A DNA stretch of 63,877 nt, counting the filler, from Welwitschia mirabilis (lineage: Eukaryota), in NCBI GenBank assembly GCA_051453625.1. It is 6 parts of one record of this genome, joined end to end, with 100 filler letters (N's around TTAATTAATTAA, not from the genome) between each part and the next. Parts side by side here need not be neighbours in the genome. Positions count along the whole stretch, not along the records: positions 1 to 25,804 come from JBOZIK010000001.1; 5 more parts are not named here. One strand, 5' to 3'. Made by a program: the position numbers and the translations under genes. This document shows positions 1-12,779 of this stretch, piece by piece (positions within the stretch are counted from its first letter, which is position 1; each line of letters begins with the position of its first letter). The notes beneath the pieces were generated by a model. It saw only the letters and a list, made by a program, of their open reading frames with translations, did not search any database and was not told the DNA's origin.

Positions 1-675
1 AAGAATCTAGTGGACCCCTCTGGGTTTAGTTCATTTTTCTTGTGACTGCTTCAAGTGTGGTCGATCCCTTTAGAATCTAGTTGACCCCCATTGAAGGTTA
101 ACAAAACTCAATAGTTCTTTTGTTATATTTTGATCCAATTTTTTCACTTGCAAAAATCAATCTCACCTACGTACAAGATATAACATTTTTGCACTACACA
201 AGAGAAATTTGTTTGACATTAATTGGCAAATATAATATAACAACATTAACCTTCTTATTCTCCTCTAAAAATATATTCTTTTTATATATACCACTAATTA
301 TGTCTTCATAACATAATCCAAAGATTTTTCTTAATTTGGAAAAATCTTAGGATTTCAATTGCTACTTAGTAATCAATGATGATAATCAAATATAATGGAT
401 CCCTACAAAAACTTACAACTTGGAGAAAAATTATGCTAATCATAAATTAAGTTAAACTTCTAACTTCAAGTTAAACATTAATCAGTTTGGAAATCTTTGA
501 CTTCTGTCTTGATAAGAAGATTATTATTGTTGTATACTTGTTAACTACACTAAGCTATACTTATGCTATAAATTTCATTCCGTTATGTTAACCATTCATC
601 ATTCTCTATATTGAGTCTTAGATTTTCTACACTTACTTCTATTCAATTCTTACTATTCTTTCCTATTTAATCCTT

Positions 676-1343
676 ATGACATCTACTCCTCCTCACTCTT
701 CAATTACTACTTTAGGTGTTAAAAAGATGAATCATTATCCTTTTAACTTAGGTTCTACTTAAATTGATATGTGTATCAGAAATGCAGAATCCCAATTGGC
801 TCAAATTGCAGTTAGGTATGAAAATGAGGTGTAATACTCATTATATTCTGATTATAAATAAATTGTTAAGGTCTTAGATACATTAAATACCTTCATTATT
901 GAATTTGGTAGAGAAAACTTCAAAAATGGGTCATTTCTTCAAGTTTTAGTTCCATGATTTATCATTTAGTGATTGAGTATATAAGGGTTAGTATAAAATA
1001 ATTATGCCAACAACTTAATTAAGGAAACTTAGATTATGATGTTTCCTTAAGCAAACTAACTGGATGGATGCAAGCATTAGAAAAGAAAGTTGATTAGCTT
1101 TAAGGAATAAATCATGTACTTAGTCTAACTACACTAAGATTTAATAAGAATAACATAGAAAAAATGACATGAAATGCAAAGCTTTAGAAGAATTTTTGAC
1201 GAGCTCACCTAGAAGAAATAAGCATGCTATTAGAATCCTTAAGTAGGATGTTCATACTACCCCTGGATAAGAGTTTTGTAGGATCATCTAAGACCAGATG
1301 CTCTAATAAAAAGAATAAGTTAGTAGGCCATTTAAAAAATTAA
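676..1343 (+). pseudogene. Decayed ORF of unknown function, antisense to and downstream of the Athila-like pol (putative accessory ORF)
   Basis: From ATG at 676: MTSTPPHSS...IRNAESQLAQIAVRYENEV*...KVLDTLNTFIIEFGRENFKNG, then after one frameshift LSKLTGWMQALEKKVD*L*G...HLEEISMLLESLSR. Stops could each be a single C>T from Gln/Arg codons. No homolog recognised. Confidence 0.4.
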
Positions 1344-2289
1344 ATTGCATTAGTAGAGTGATCTATTTCTTAGCATTAAGTAGTTTAAGCAAAGATTTTG
1401 TTATGTTTTTAAGGAATGATGTAATAAATTTTTTTATCTAGTAAAGTCTTTGTTTGTTATTTTGTTTTAAATAAATTTATAGTATTATTATTTTTATTTG
1501 CTTATAGTCATATTAATTTTATTAAAAAAATTCATATTAAATAACTTATCAAATTGTTAAGATAATTTGAAATGATTTTAAAACTATGAAGCTTTACTCT
1601 TTTTTAAAATAGAATTTAATTATTATACATGATATTGAATTAANNNNNNNNNNNNNNNNNNNNNNNNNNNNNNNNNNNNNNNNNNNNNNNNNNNNNNNNN
1701 NNNNNNNNNNNNNNNNNNNNNNNNNNNNNNNNNNNNNNNNNNNNNNNNNNNNNNNNNNNNNNNNNNNNNNNNNNNNNNNNNNNNNNNNNNNNNNNNNNNN
1801 NNNNNNNNNNNNNNNNNNNNNNNNNNNNNNNNNNNNNNNNNNNNNNNNNNNNNNNNNNNNNNNNNNNNNNNNNNNNNNNNNNNNNNNNNNNNNNNNNNNN
1901 NNNNNNNNNNNNNNNNNNNNNNNNNNNNNNNNNNNNNNNNNNNNNNNNNNNNNNNNNNNNNNNNNNNNNNNNNNNNNNNNNNNNNNNNNNNNNNNNNNNN
2001 NNNNNNNNNNNNNNNNNNNNNNNNNNNNNNNNNNNNNNNNNNNNNNNNNNNNNNNNNNNNNNNNNNNNNNNNNNNNNNNNNNNNNNNNNNNNNNNNNNNN
2101 NNNNNNNNNNNNNNNNNNNNNNNNNNNNNNNNNNNNNNNNNNNNNNNNNNNNNNNNNNNNNNNNNNNNNNNNNNNNNNNNNNNNNNNNNNNNNNNNNNNN
2201 NNNNNNNNNNNNNNNNNNNNNNNNNNNNNNNNNNNNNNNNNNNNNNNNNNNNNNNNNNNNNNNNNNNNNNNNNACTTGATAGGTTATTT

Positions 2290-3251
2290 TTTCATTAGGA
2301 TCATATACCTCTATGGTTTCATTTTCTAAAATTTTTGTTATGGTGTAAGATCCAAGCCAATTTTGTTCATATTTCTATTTTGAATGAATCTTTTTAGGAT
2401 TATAGATTAGTATAGAATCTCCTATATTAAAATTGATTTTTCTAATTTTATTATCATGATGTATTTTAGTTTTTTATTGTATAAGTTCTTCTTGAGCTTT
2501 ATCCAAATTACACTCTAATTATTTAGCCAATTTAAGGGTTTTTATTCTAAATTCAATTAGCAAAGCAGCTCTTTTTCCATAGATCAATTCATATGGTGTA
2601 AATATTGTGCTATGTTTTCAAGTTATTCTATAAGCCCATAAATATTTATTTAATTTTTTAGCCTAATCTATTTTCTTAATATTTATAAATTTTATTAATA
2701 TTCTATTAATTTCTCTACTAGTCACTTCAACTTGACTAATAGATTGAGTATGATAGGTAGTAGAGAGTTTGTGATGAATTTTATATTTAGTNNNNNNNNN
2801 NNNNNNNNNNNNNNNAGCAAAATAAGTTTCTCTATCAGATATAAGACTTTGAGGGACTTCAAAATGATAGATTATATTTCTAAATAAAAAGGTAATTATG
2901 GTTCTGAAAGAATAGTACCATAGCCTTAACTCACTTAGTTAAATAATTAACACAAACCAAAATATATTTTTTTTCATAAGAGGAAGGATTGATAGGTCTA
3001 ATAAAATATATTCTTCAGACACAAAAGGTTTAATTGACTGAATTCATTATTGTGGCATCTCTAATTTCTAGTTAAATGCTCTCTTTCTTTGACACTTATT
3101 ACAACTCTACACATAAGCATTTTAATCTTTGAATATTTTGGGCTAGTAATATCCCATTGAAGAATTTTTATGCTCATTTTTCTTGCACCATAACATCCTC
3201 TTCCTTCTCCTTCATGAGCTTCCTTCAAAATTTCTTTTTGCAAATTTTCTT
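2290..3251 (-). pseudogene. Gypsy integrase remnant
   Basis: ILKEAHEGEGRGCYGARKMSIKILQ (zinc-finger region, ORF 3061-3243); core motifs at 2700-2870; GPY/F-like KYEQNWLGSYTI at ~2340-2375. Confidence 0.85.
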
Positions 3252-4152
3252 NNNNNNNNNNNNNNNNNNNNNNNNNNNNNNNNNNNNNNNNNNNNNNNNN
3301 NNNNNNNNNNNNNNNNNNNNNNNNNNNNNNNNNNNNNNNNNNNNNNNNNNNNNNNNNNNNNNNNNNNNNNNNNNNNNNNNNNNNNNNNNNNNNNNNNNNN
3401 NNNNNNNNNNNNNNNNNNNNNNNNNNNNNNNNNNNNNNNNNNNNNNNNNNNNNNNNNNNNNNNNNNNNNNNNNNNNNNNNNNNNNNNNNNNNNNNNNNNN
3501 NNNNNNNNNNNNNNNNNNNNNNNNNNNNNNNNNNNNNNNNNNNNNNNNNNNNNNNNNNNNNNNNNNNNNNNNNNNNNNNNNNNNNNNNNNNNNNNNNNNN
3601 NNNNNNNNNNNNNNNNNNNNNNNNNNNNNNNNNNNNNNNNNNNNNNNNNNNNNNNNNNNNNNNNNNNNNNNNNNNNNNNNNNNNNNNNNNNNNNNNNNNN
3701 NNNNNNNNNNNNNNNNNNNNNNNNNNNNNNNNNNNNNNNNNNNNNNNNNNNNNNNNNNNNNNNNNNNNNNNNNNNNNNNNNNNNNNNNNNNNNNNNNNNN
3801 NNNNNNNNNNNNNNNNNNNNNNNNNNNNNNNNNNNNNNNNNNNNNNNNNNNNNNNNNNNNNNNNNNNNNNNNNNNNNNNNNNNNNNNNNNNNNNNNNNNN
3901 NNNNNNNNNNNNNNNNNNNNNNNNNNNNNNNNNNNNNNNNNNNNNNNNNNNNNNNNNNNNNNNNNNNNNNNNNNNNNNNNNNNNNNNNNNNNNNNNNNNN
4001 NNNNNNNNNNNNNNNNNNNNNNNNNNNNNNNNNNNNNNNNNNNNNNNNNNNNNNNNNNNNNNNNNNNNNNNNNNNNNNNNNNNNNNNNNNNNNNNNNNNN
4101 NNNNNNNNNNNNNNNNNNNNNNNNNNNNNNNNNNNNNNNNNNNNNNNNNNNN

Positions 4153-4800
4153 ATCTTTTTAAAACTCTTTCCAATCTGTCAAGTGACTCATCAAAATTAT
4201 TTTTAAAAGTTGAGAAATCATCCATAAATACTTTAATAGATCTTCCTATCATATCTTGAAAAATACTATTTCCTAATCTTTGAAAGGTAGTAGGATTGTT
4301 ACGTAACCCAAATGGTAATATTTTATAGGCATAAGTGTCCAATAACAAGTAAATGTTTCTTAGGTTGAATCTCTAAAGCTATTGGAACTTGATTATATCC
4401 ACTATATCTATCAAGAAAGTTGTAGTACTGNNNNNNNNNNGCCCAAGTACTCTTATAAAACTTGATCTATAAATGGAATAAGAAAATGATACTTATAAGT
4501 TGTTTTATTTAATATTAAAAAAATCTATACATACTCTTCATTTTTCCTTTCTTTGGCAACCCTATAATATGACTAATCCATTTTGAATCAGATATAGGAT
4601 AGATGAATCCAAGATCCAAGGGTTAACATTTTCTTGTTTAATTATTTCTTACCTATATAAATTACATCTTCTTTTTGATTGTCTATTTGGTTTAATAAAA
4701 GTATCTAAATAAATTTTATATTAACATACTTTTAAGTCTATTTTCTTAATATTAGTATGATTCTAGGAAAAGGTTCCTTGTCTTCTGAGCAACATTCTTT
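4153..4800 (-). pseudogene. Gypsy reverse transcriptase remnant
   Basis: AYKILPFGLRNNPTTFQRLGNSIFQDMIGRSIKVFMDDFS; upstream LDLGFIYPISDSKW...KKGK*RVCIDF. Confidence 0.92.
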
Positions 4801-5049
4801 TAAGCTTTCTTTTATAAGAATGAGTTAGAGAACTATTTATAATTAAATGTTTATTTTGAGATACTTCAATATACTCTAATCCTTTATTAATTAGAGGATT
4901 TTCTATTTCTTAAATGTCAAAATTTCTTCTTCATACTTTTCTTCATTTTTCTTATTTAACATCATACTAACCTTTTATGTTAGAATTGCATTGGTTCTAG
5001 CTTCTGTATTATGTACCATCTCTACTACAACCACTATATTAGATAACGT

Positions 5050-5450
5050 AATCTCTTTCTTAAGATCTTCTAAACTAATTTCCATTATTCCTTTCCTAGG
5101 ATGAATAGTAGTATCTGTAGTAGTAATTGAAGGTCTTCCTAAAATTACTGCATGGGTATCTCCCTAAATCTTCATTATTAAAAGAATCTATTAAGTAGAT
5201 AAATCCCTAAAGTTCAATGAGTATATCNNNNNNNNNNTTTAGAACTTCTTCTAGTGTTACTACCAAATCATCTGCCAGGTACACTTTTCCTTGTTAAGGT
5301 ATCAATTTTGATTTTTCCAATTCCTCATAAGTCTCATATGTCATCACATTAACACTTGCTCCTAGATCCACAAGTGCTTTTACTTTGAGCTTTTCATCAA
5401 TTTTTATGTCTATCATATATGTTCTTAGATTACTATACTTTTTATGTTGT
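5050..5450 (-). pseudogene. Retrotransposon aspartic protease remnant
   Basis: LKVKALVDLGASVNVMTYETY and downstream VILGRPSI (ILGRPFL-like). Confidence 0.88.
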
Positions 5451-6329
5451 TTATTTTAAATAAATTGTATGGGAGTTCAAGAAACTTAATCTTTCCTAAC
5501 CATCCCAGTTTGTTTTTCCTTCTTACTTTACATTATATTCCTATATATTAAGAATACACTCTTAATTTGATTTTAATGCATAGATACATATTTTAGTAAA
5601 TTTTCTATGTTCCTTTCAATTTTTGGATGTTTTATTTGTTTACTTCTCATTGGAAAAGATAGAGGATCTGTTAATGCATCAACTATTGCTTCCTTCCTCA
5701 TATTTATTCCTTTATCAATTAGAGAGTTATTCAAATTTGTTTTCTTTCTTTGGTCTTTATCTATCACCATTTGTTTTCCAGATCTAGTAGTTACTAATTT
5801 ACTTATTACTTTCTTTGGATTTGGTTGAGGTTAAGTAAGAATTTTTTCTTCTTTCTTCTCTACCTCTGATTTGTCTTTCATGTCTTTTGAATCTTTGTTT
5901 CTCCAATTCCTATAATAATTATATTACTCTTACCTTTTATAATTTACATCCTTTTTTAAGGGATTTTCCAACTTACCTTTTCATTTTTTACTTTAGTAAG
6001 GATATGGTTTTTTTTCTTTTTTTGATACTTGAGATTGATTTCCTATATGTAAATATACTATATTAATATCCAATCAATGAACAAATTCTGTAATCCAAGG
6101 ACATTCTATTTTTTTATGATTATCTTCTTTACAATATTTGTATATAAGTCTCTCTTTCTCTTTAAAGTGTTATATAGATAACTAATCAAATTTTTCCACC
6201 ATATTATTAGTCACTTTTTTAGCTACNNNNNNNNNNNNNNNNNNNNNNNNNNNNNNNNNNNNNNNNNNNNNNNNNNNNNNNNNNNNNNNNNNNNNNNNNN
6301 NNNNNNNNNNNNNNNNNNNNNNNNNNNNN

Positions 6330-6963
6330 NNCTTAACTCATGCTATAAAATTAAGTGATAGCTTCTCTTACCTCTTGAACATTTTTTTGTCTTGATGCTT
6401 CCTCTACATAGTAAGTCTAATTCCTTCAAAGTTTAACTCTGTAATCCCCTAAGTAAAGCTTTGACTTGTTTTTTAGTTGCAATTCCATGGTTAGGACATT
6501 TAGCTAATAATATATTATATCTCTCCATTAACTCATAAAACCTTTCATTATATTTTTGTTTAATATTCAAAATTTATTCTTANNNNNNNNNNNNNNNNNN
6601 NNNNNNNNNNNNNNNNNNNNNNNNNNNNNNNNNNNNNNNNNNNNNNNNNNNNNNNNNNNNNNNNNNNNNNNNNNNNNNNNNNCCATTAACTCATAAAACC
6701 TTTCATTATATTTTTGTTTAATATTCAAAATTTATTCTTATTAATCTTTAACTATCCTTAGGAGTTGAAATTTAGCCAATAAAGCATTCTTAAGAGTTCC
6801 CCATGAACTAAAAGCATAATTAGAATTTCTATGATACTATAGTTGATCATCCCCTTTTAAAAAAATGGAAAATATCTCAAAAAATTAAATTCTAATTAAG
6901 ATAATTTTTTTTACAAAAGATATCATATAAACTTAAATGTAGTAGAGGTTATTCTGATTTCTC
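6330..6963 (-). pseudogene. Athila-like gag remnant
   Basis: FSSWGTLKNALLAKF and FYELMERYNILLAKCPNHG resemble the Athila gag consensus (W..L...FL.KF; WERFKDLLRKCPHHG). Confidence 0.75.
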
Positions 6964-9775
6964 ANNNNNNNNNNNNNNNNNNNNNNNNNNNNNNNNNNNN
7001 NNNNNNNNNNNNNNNNNNNNNNNNNNNNNNNNNNNNNNNNNNNNNNNNNNNNNNNNNNNNNNNNNNNNNNNNNNNNNNNNNNNNNNNNNNNNNNNNNNNN
7101 NNNNNNNNNNNNNNNNNNNNNNNNNNNNNNNNNNNNNNNNNNNNNNNNNNNNNNNNNNNNNNNNNNNNNNNNNNNNNNNNNNNNNNNNNNNNNNNNNNNN
7201 NNNNNNNNNNNNNNNNNNNNNNNNNNNNNNNNNNNNNNNNNNNNNNNNNNNNNNNNNNNNNNNNNNNNNNNNNNNNNNNNNNNNNNNNNNNNNNNNNNNN
7301 NNNNNNNNNNNNNNNNNNNNNNNNNNNNNNNNNNNNNNNNNNNNNNNNNNNNNNNNNNNNNNNNNNNNNNNNNNNNNNNNNNNNNNNNNNNNNNNNNNNN
7401 NNNNNNNNNNNNNNNNNNNNNNNNNNNNNNNNNNNNNNNNNNNNNNNNNNNNNNNNNNNNNNNNNNNNNNNNNNNNNNNNNNNNNNNNNNNNNNNNNNNN
7501 NNNNNNNNNNNNNNNNNNNNNNNNNNNNNNNNNNNNNNNNNNNNNNNNNNNNNNNNNNNNNNNNNNNNNNNNNNNNNNNNNNNNNNNNNNNNNNNNNNNN
7601 NNNNNNNNNNNNNNNNNNNNNNNNNNNNNNNNNNNTTAGTAGGATAAACTCACAATGAAGTTACTTGAACTAGTCAGGTTGATAATTAATAAAGTTTTCT
7701 ATTTACATATATCACATTATAGGGAATGAAGAAAATGAAAAAAACATAATATAAGTTTTACTAAATTCTTAACAATACTTATTTCTAAGTATTTCTAATT
7801 ATCCTAATTTGTGTTTAGCTATACAAATAGAAGCAAGTAAAAGAAAATATTACTTTTTCAAGTAAAAGAGAATATAAGTAACANNNNNNNNNNNNNNNNN
7901 NNNNNNNNNNNNNNNNNNNNNNNNNNNNNNNNNNNNNNNNNNNNNNNNNNNNNNNNNNNNNNNNNNNNNNNNNNNNNNNNNNNNNNNNNNNNNNNNNNNN
8001 NNNNNNNNNNNNNNNNNNNNNNNNNNNNNNNNNNNNNNNNNNNNNNNNNNNNNNNNNNNNNNNNNNNNNNNNNNNNNNNNNNNNNNNNNNNNNNNNNNNN
8101 NNNNNNNNNNNNNNNNNNNNNNNNNNNNNNNNNNNNNNNNNNNNNNNNNNNNNNNNNNNNNNNNNNNNNNNNNNNNNNNNNNNNNNNNNNNNNNNNNNNN
8201 NNNNNNNNNNNNNNNNNNNNNNNNNNNNNNNNNNNNNNNNNNNNNNNNNNNNNNNNNNNNNNNNNNNNNNNNNNNNNNNNNNNNNNNNNNNNNNNNNNNN
8301 NNNNNNNNNNNNNNNNNNNNNNNNNNNNNNNNNNNNNNNNNNNNNNNNNNNNNNNNNNNNNNNNNNNNNNNNNNNNNNNNNNNNNNNNNNNNNNNNNNNN
8401 NNNNNNNNNNNNNNNNNNNNNNNNNNNNNNNNNNNNNNNNNNNNNNNNNNNNNNNNNNNNNNNNNNNNNNNNNNNNNNNNNNNNNNNNNNNNNNNNNNNN
8501 NNNNNNNNNNNNNNNNNNNNNNNNNNNNNNNNNNNNNNNNNNNNNNNNNNNNNNNNNNNNNNNNNNNNNNNNNNNNNNNNNNNNNNNNNNNNNNNNNNNN
8601 NNNNNNNNNNNNNNNNNNNNNNNNNNNNNNNNNNNNNNNNNNNNNNNNNNNNNNNNNNNNNNNNNNNNNNNNNNNNNNNNNNNNNNNNNNNNNNNNNNNN
8701 NNNNNNNNNNNNNNNNNNNNNNNNNNNNNNNNNNNNNNNNNNNNNNNNNNNNNNNNNNNNNNNNNNNNNNNNNNNNNNNNNNNNNNNNNNNNNNNNNNNN
8801 NNNNNNNNNNNNNNNNNNNNNNNNNNNNNNTCTTAAAAGATCCCACTTTTCTATGGTGATTTCCTTCTTCTATCCTTTAGCCCCTTTCTCTTTTTTTATT
8901 TCCTTCCTTTTCTCTTAAAGAATAGGTTTATGGTTGAAGTTGTTGTTGCATTTCCGCCACATTGATCTTCTTCCTTATCCTTATGCCAAATGGCATTTTG
9001 TACTTGCAACATAATGATACAATTCTATATGTTGACCTACTAACATACTAATTAATCTATTAACTAACTAGTATATTAACCTAAATACTAAATAAGAAAT
9101 ATTGAATACCATCTAAAATATATAATTATAAGTACAAAGAAATTTCATTAATAATAAAGATTTACATCATTATTTTTACTCATCACCCCATGAACTTGTC
9201 AATGATACATGAATCTCCTATTAGTTGAATTAGAATCCTTTTAATAGCAACATGTTATTAGTTTGAAAATGACCAATTAGATTGACTAGAATGTGGAAAA
9301 GTATTTATCAAACCAGAATGAAGGATTTACAACATTTAAAAGCCCATAAGTTCAAGAATTTAAAATGTTGATATAATTAGTAGCCATGTTAGATCTAATA
9401 AAATAGTGTAAGGTGCAAAAATATAGTAAGTTATTTTCATCTTGTAGAAAATAGTAATTTTATCTTATTTAAGAAGTTAATAATTCAAAAAATAACTAAA
9501 TAAAAAATCTATCAACTTAAAATGATAGGAACCATCAAAGCATAAACAAGTATGAAAAATTCTTGATATCATATTTCAAGACCATCTTTTACATCTTACT
9601 CAAACATATTTTTAAAAAGTCAAAAATCAATAAGAGAATTTAATAAAATATTCTACATTTAACATCTTCTATTCTATTATGTGTTTCCTCAAGATGTTGT
9701 TGATGAATATTCCATTTTAGGCAGTGAGGAAGTTTTTTTTTTAAATATGATTTTAATGTTGTTTTTTTAAATGTA

Positions 9776-9929
9776 TATTAGAATATAAGCCTAGATATTA
9801 GTTCTAAAACTAAGTAATGATGAGAGAAAATAGAAAAAATGAACTTGTTATTCAATCAAGAAGGCTATGCCGTAAATACATAAATTCATGCTAAAGACAA
9901 CTGAGGGAATCAAGGATGAAATCATGGAT
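9776..9929 (-). repeat. Copia 3' LTR (visible part; remainder in N gap)
   Basis: tattagaatataagcc... aligns colinearly with tgttgaagtatgagcc... at 14217; the mismatches in the first 17 nt are all transitions. Confidence 0.8.
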
Positions 9930-10869
9930 NNNNNNNNNNNNNNNNNNNNNNNNNNNNNNNNNNNNNNNNNNNNNNNNNNNNNNNNNNNNNNNNNNNNNNN
10001 NNNNNNNNNNNNNNNNNNNNNNNNNNNNNNNNNNNNNNNNNNNNNNNNNNNNNNNNNNNNNNNNNNNNNNNNNNNNNNNNNNNNNNNNNNNNNNNNNNNN
10101 NNNNNNNNNNNNNNNNNNNNNNNNNNNNNNNNNNNNNNNNNNNNNNNNNNNNNNNNNNNNNNNNNNNNNNNNNNNNNNNNNNNNNNNNNNNNNNNNNNNN
10201 NNNNNNNNNNNNNNNNNNNNNNNNNNNNNNNNNNNNNNNNNNNNNNNNNNNNNNNNNNNNNNNNNNNNNNNNNNNNNNNNNNNNNNNNNNNNNNNNNNNN
10301 NNNNNNNNNNNNNNNNNNNNNNNNNNNNNNNNNNNNNNNNNNNNNNNNNNNNNNNNNNNNNNNNNNNNNNNNNNNNNNNNNNNNNNNNNNNNNNNNNNNN
10401 NNNNNNNNNNNNNNNNNNNNNNNNNNNNNNNNNNNNNNNNNNNNNNNNNNNNNNNNNNNNNNNNNNNNNNNNNNNNNNNNNNNNNNNNNNNNNNNNNNNN
10501 NNNNNNNNNNNNNNNNNNNNNNNNNNNNNNNNNNNNNNNNNNNNNNNNNNNNNNNNNNNNNNNNNNNNNNNNNNNNNNNNNNNNNNNNNNNNNNNNNNNN
10601 NNNNNNNNNNNNNNNNNNNNNNNNNNNNNNNNNNNNNNNNNNNNNNNNNNNNNNNNNNNNNNNNNNNNNNNNNNNNNNNNNNNNNNNNNNNNNNNNNNNN
10701 NNNNNNNNNNNNNNNNNNNNNNNNNNNNNNNNNNNNNNNNNNNNNNNNNNNNNNNNNNNNNNNNNNNNNNNNNNNNNNNNNNNNNNNNNNNNNNNNNNNN
10801 NNNNNNNNNNNNNNNNNNNNNNNNNNNNNNNNNNNNNNNNNNNNNNNNNNNNNNNNNNNNNNNNNNNNN

Positions 10870-12130
10870 ACTTGTTTCATCACTAAAACTCTAAGTGATC
10901 ATTGGATTTTTTCACCAAGTTGTTTAAGAGTTTGAACAATGAAGGTAAGCTTTAACACTGCTTCTAGCATAGCTACATATTCAGTTCAGCTCTTGAAAGT
11001 GAATTTGTAGATTGTTTATTGGAGATTCATGTTATTAAGAAATTTTTATAAAAGAAGAAATATCTTGAGGTTTATTTTCCATCATAGAGGTATTTACCCC
11101 AATTAGCACTAGAAAAACCATAAAGCATTTTACAATCTTATTGAAATTAACATAATCCATNNNNNNNNNNNNNNNNNNNNNNNNNNNNNNNNNNNNNNNN
11201 NNNNNNNNNNNNNNNGAATATCATGATGAGTACAGGCTAGAGACATAAGTGAGCCTACTAATGATCTATATTGTGATGGCTCAACCAAAGTGGTAGAATC
11301 TATTTTGTATAGTATAGAGCCAATGCTAAGTGATCTTGAATAAGAATTACAATCATTCATATGGAAATTTTCTAAAAATTTCTTAGCATGATTACATTGA
11401 AATATTGTAATGTAATTAGAAGCTTAATTAATTTTAGGTCCAAGAAAGTAAGGTAGTTTGCCTAAATGGGACATGTCAAATTCACTTTACATGACTTGAA
11501 CAAATTTTCAAGTTCTTCAAAATTTGAAAAATGAAATAGATCATCAATGTATATACTTACAATTATGAAAATTCTTCCTAAGTGCATGAATTTCTAAATT
11601 ATAGGTTGATTAGAAAAATGTTAAAATCCTTCAAGCTTAAGAAAGTTATGGATCTACTTGTACCAAGCTCTTGAAGCTTGTTTTAGCCCATACTATGCTT
11701 TGAGAAGTCTATAAACCTTATCTTCTTCTCCTTCTTTCTTGAATTTTTTAGGTTGTTTAACATAAATTTTTTCTTTTAAATAGCCCTTCAAAAACATCCA
11801 TTTGAAAGACTTTTAAGTCCATGATAAGCAACAAATGCAAGAAGAATTTTTATTATCTCAATACAAGAGATTGGTGTAAAACTCTTAATAAAGTCAATAC
11901 CTTGTTGTTGCAAATTACCTTTTGCAACAAGGTGTTCTTTAAACTTCACAATGTCACCTTTGTGATTTCACTTGATCTTATAGATCCATTTGAGCCGCAT
12001 CACTGTGTGATCATTTACTTGAGGCATGAGACTTCAAATATTATTCGTCAAAATCTGATTTATTTCTATTTGCATGACAGCTATCCATGGAGGATCATCC
12101 TTCATAATAGCAACAGATGATGGCTCATTA
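10870..12130 (-). pseudogene. Copia RT-RNase H remnant
   Basis: KWIYKIK*NHKGDIVKFKEHLVAKGNLQQQGIDF; *YGLKQASRAWY; SQYRSLVGSLMSLACTHHDI; RNase H EYVA motif. Confidence 0.88.
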
Positions 12131-12779
12131 TCAACATTTCCCCCTAGCATTACAAGAAGGCAAAGTTCCTTAGTAAAAAGAGCATTAATGTCATGTGAGG
12201 AAGAAGATCCATTATAAGCCTATTGATGAGCAAAAGGCTGAGAGTAACCATCACCCAAAATTTACAAAGCAAGATGATAATGCTTTAGTTTCCTGTAACT
12301 AGTATGAGATCACATAAGAACTTGTTNNNNNNNNNNNNNNNNNNNNNNNNNNNNNNNNNNNNNNNNNNNNNNNNNNNNNNNNNNNNNNNNNNNNNNNNNN
12401 NNNNNNNNNNNNNNNNNNNNNNNNNNNNNNNNNNNNNNNNNNNNNNNNNNNNNNNNNNNNNNNNNNNNNNNNNNNNNNNNNNNNNNNNNNNNNNNNNNNN
12501 NNNNNNNNNNNNNNNNNNNNNNNNNNNNNNNNNNNNNNNNNNNNNNNNNNNNNNNNNNNNNNNNNNNNNNNNNNNNNNNNNNNNNNNNNNNNNNTTTGGT
12601 TGGAAGGAAGCGGTAAGGAAGGGACGTGGAATGGCTCATAATTCAGGAAAACGTGTGTAGTTAATGGGAGGGTGGCAACATCTGAAGTGAGGAATATGAG
12701 AGTGAGTGAGGCAGAAAAGGGAACGTTGAGTGAGGTGGCAGTGCATGATGTGATATTATGTATTATGAAGTGGCCATTC

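Larger units (their letters stand above)
2275..6963 (-). mobile_element. Decayed Athila-like Ty3/gypsy LTR retrotransposon internal region (gag-PR-RT-[RH in gap]-INT)
   Basis: Minus-strand translation gives gypsy domain order with Athila-type motifs: gag ERYNILLAKCPNHG (~6480-6540), protease KALVDLGASVNVM (~5345-5390), RT IYPISDSKW and KVFMDDFS, integrase FEVPQSLISDRETYF, YHTQSISQVEVTSREI and WLGSY. Many stops and frameshifts; LTRs not resolved because of gaps. Confidence 0.9.

Noticed and set aside
6525..6740. Exact ~58-bp direct repeat on either side of a 100-N gap
   Set aside because: Typical overlapping contig ends, so an assembly artefact.
8831..9011. Possible outer LTR end (...gcaaca at 9011) of the first Athila-like element
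   Set aside because: No partner LTR, PBS or TSD can be verified because of gaps.
3157..10935. Long ORFs of 330-380 aa in the ORF track
   Set aside because: They consist almost wholly of X from N gaps; only the RT end at 4153-4348 is real coding-derived sequence. The same applies to the X-rich ORFs at 12.3, 22.8, 33.7, 37.7, 49.0 and 61.9 kb.
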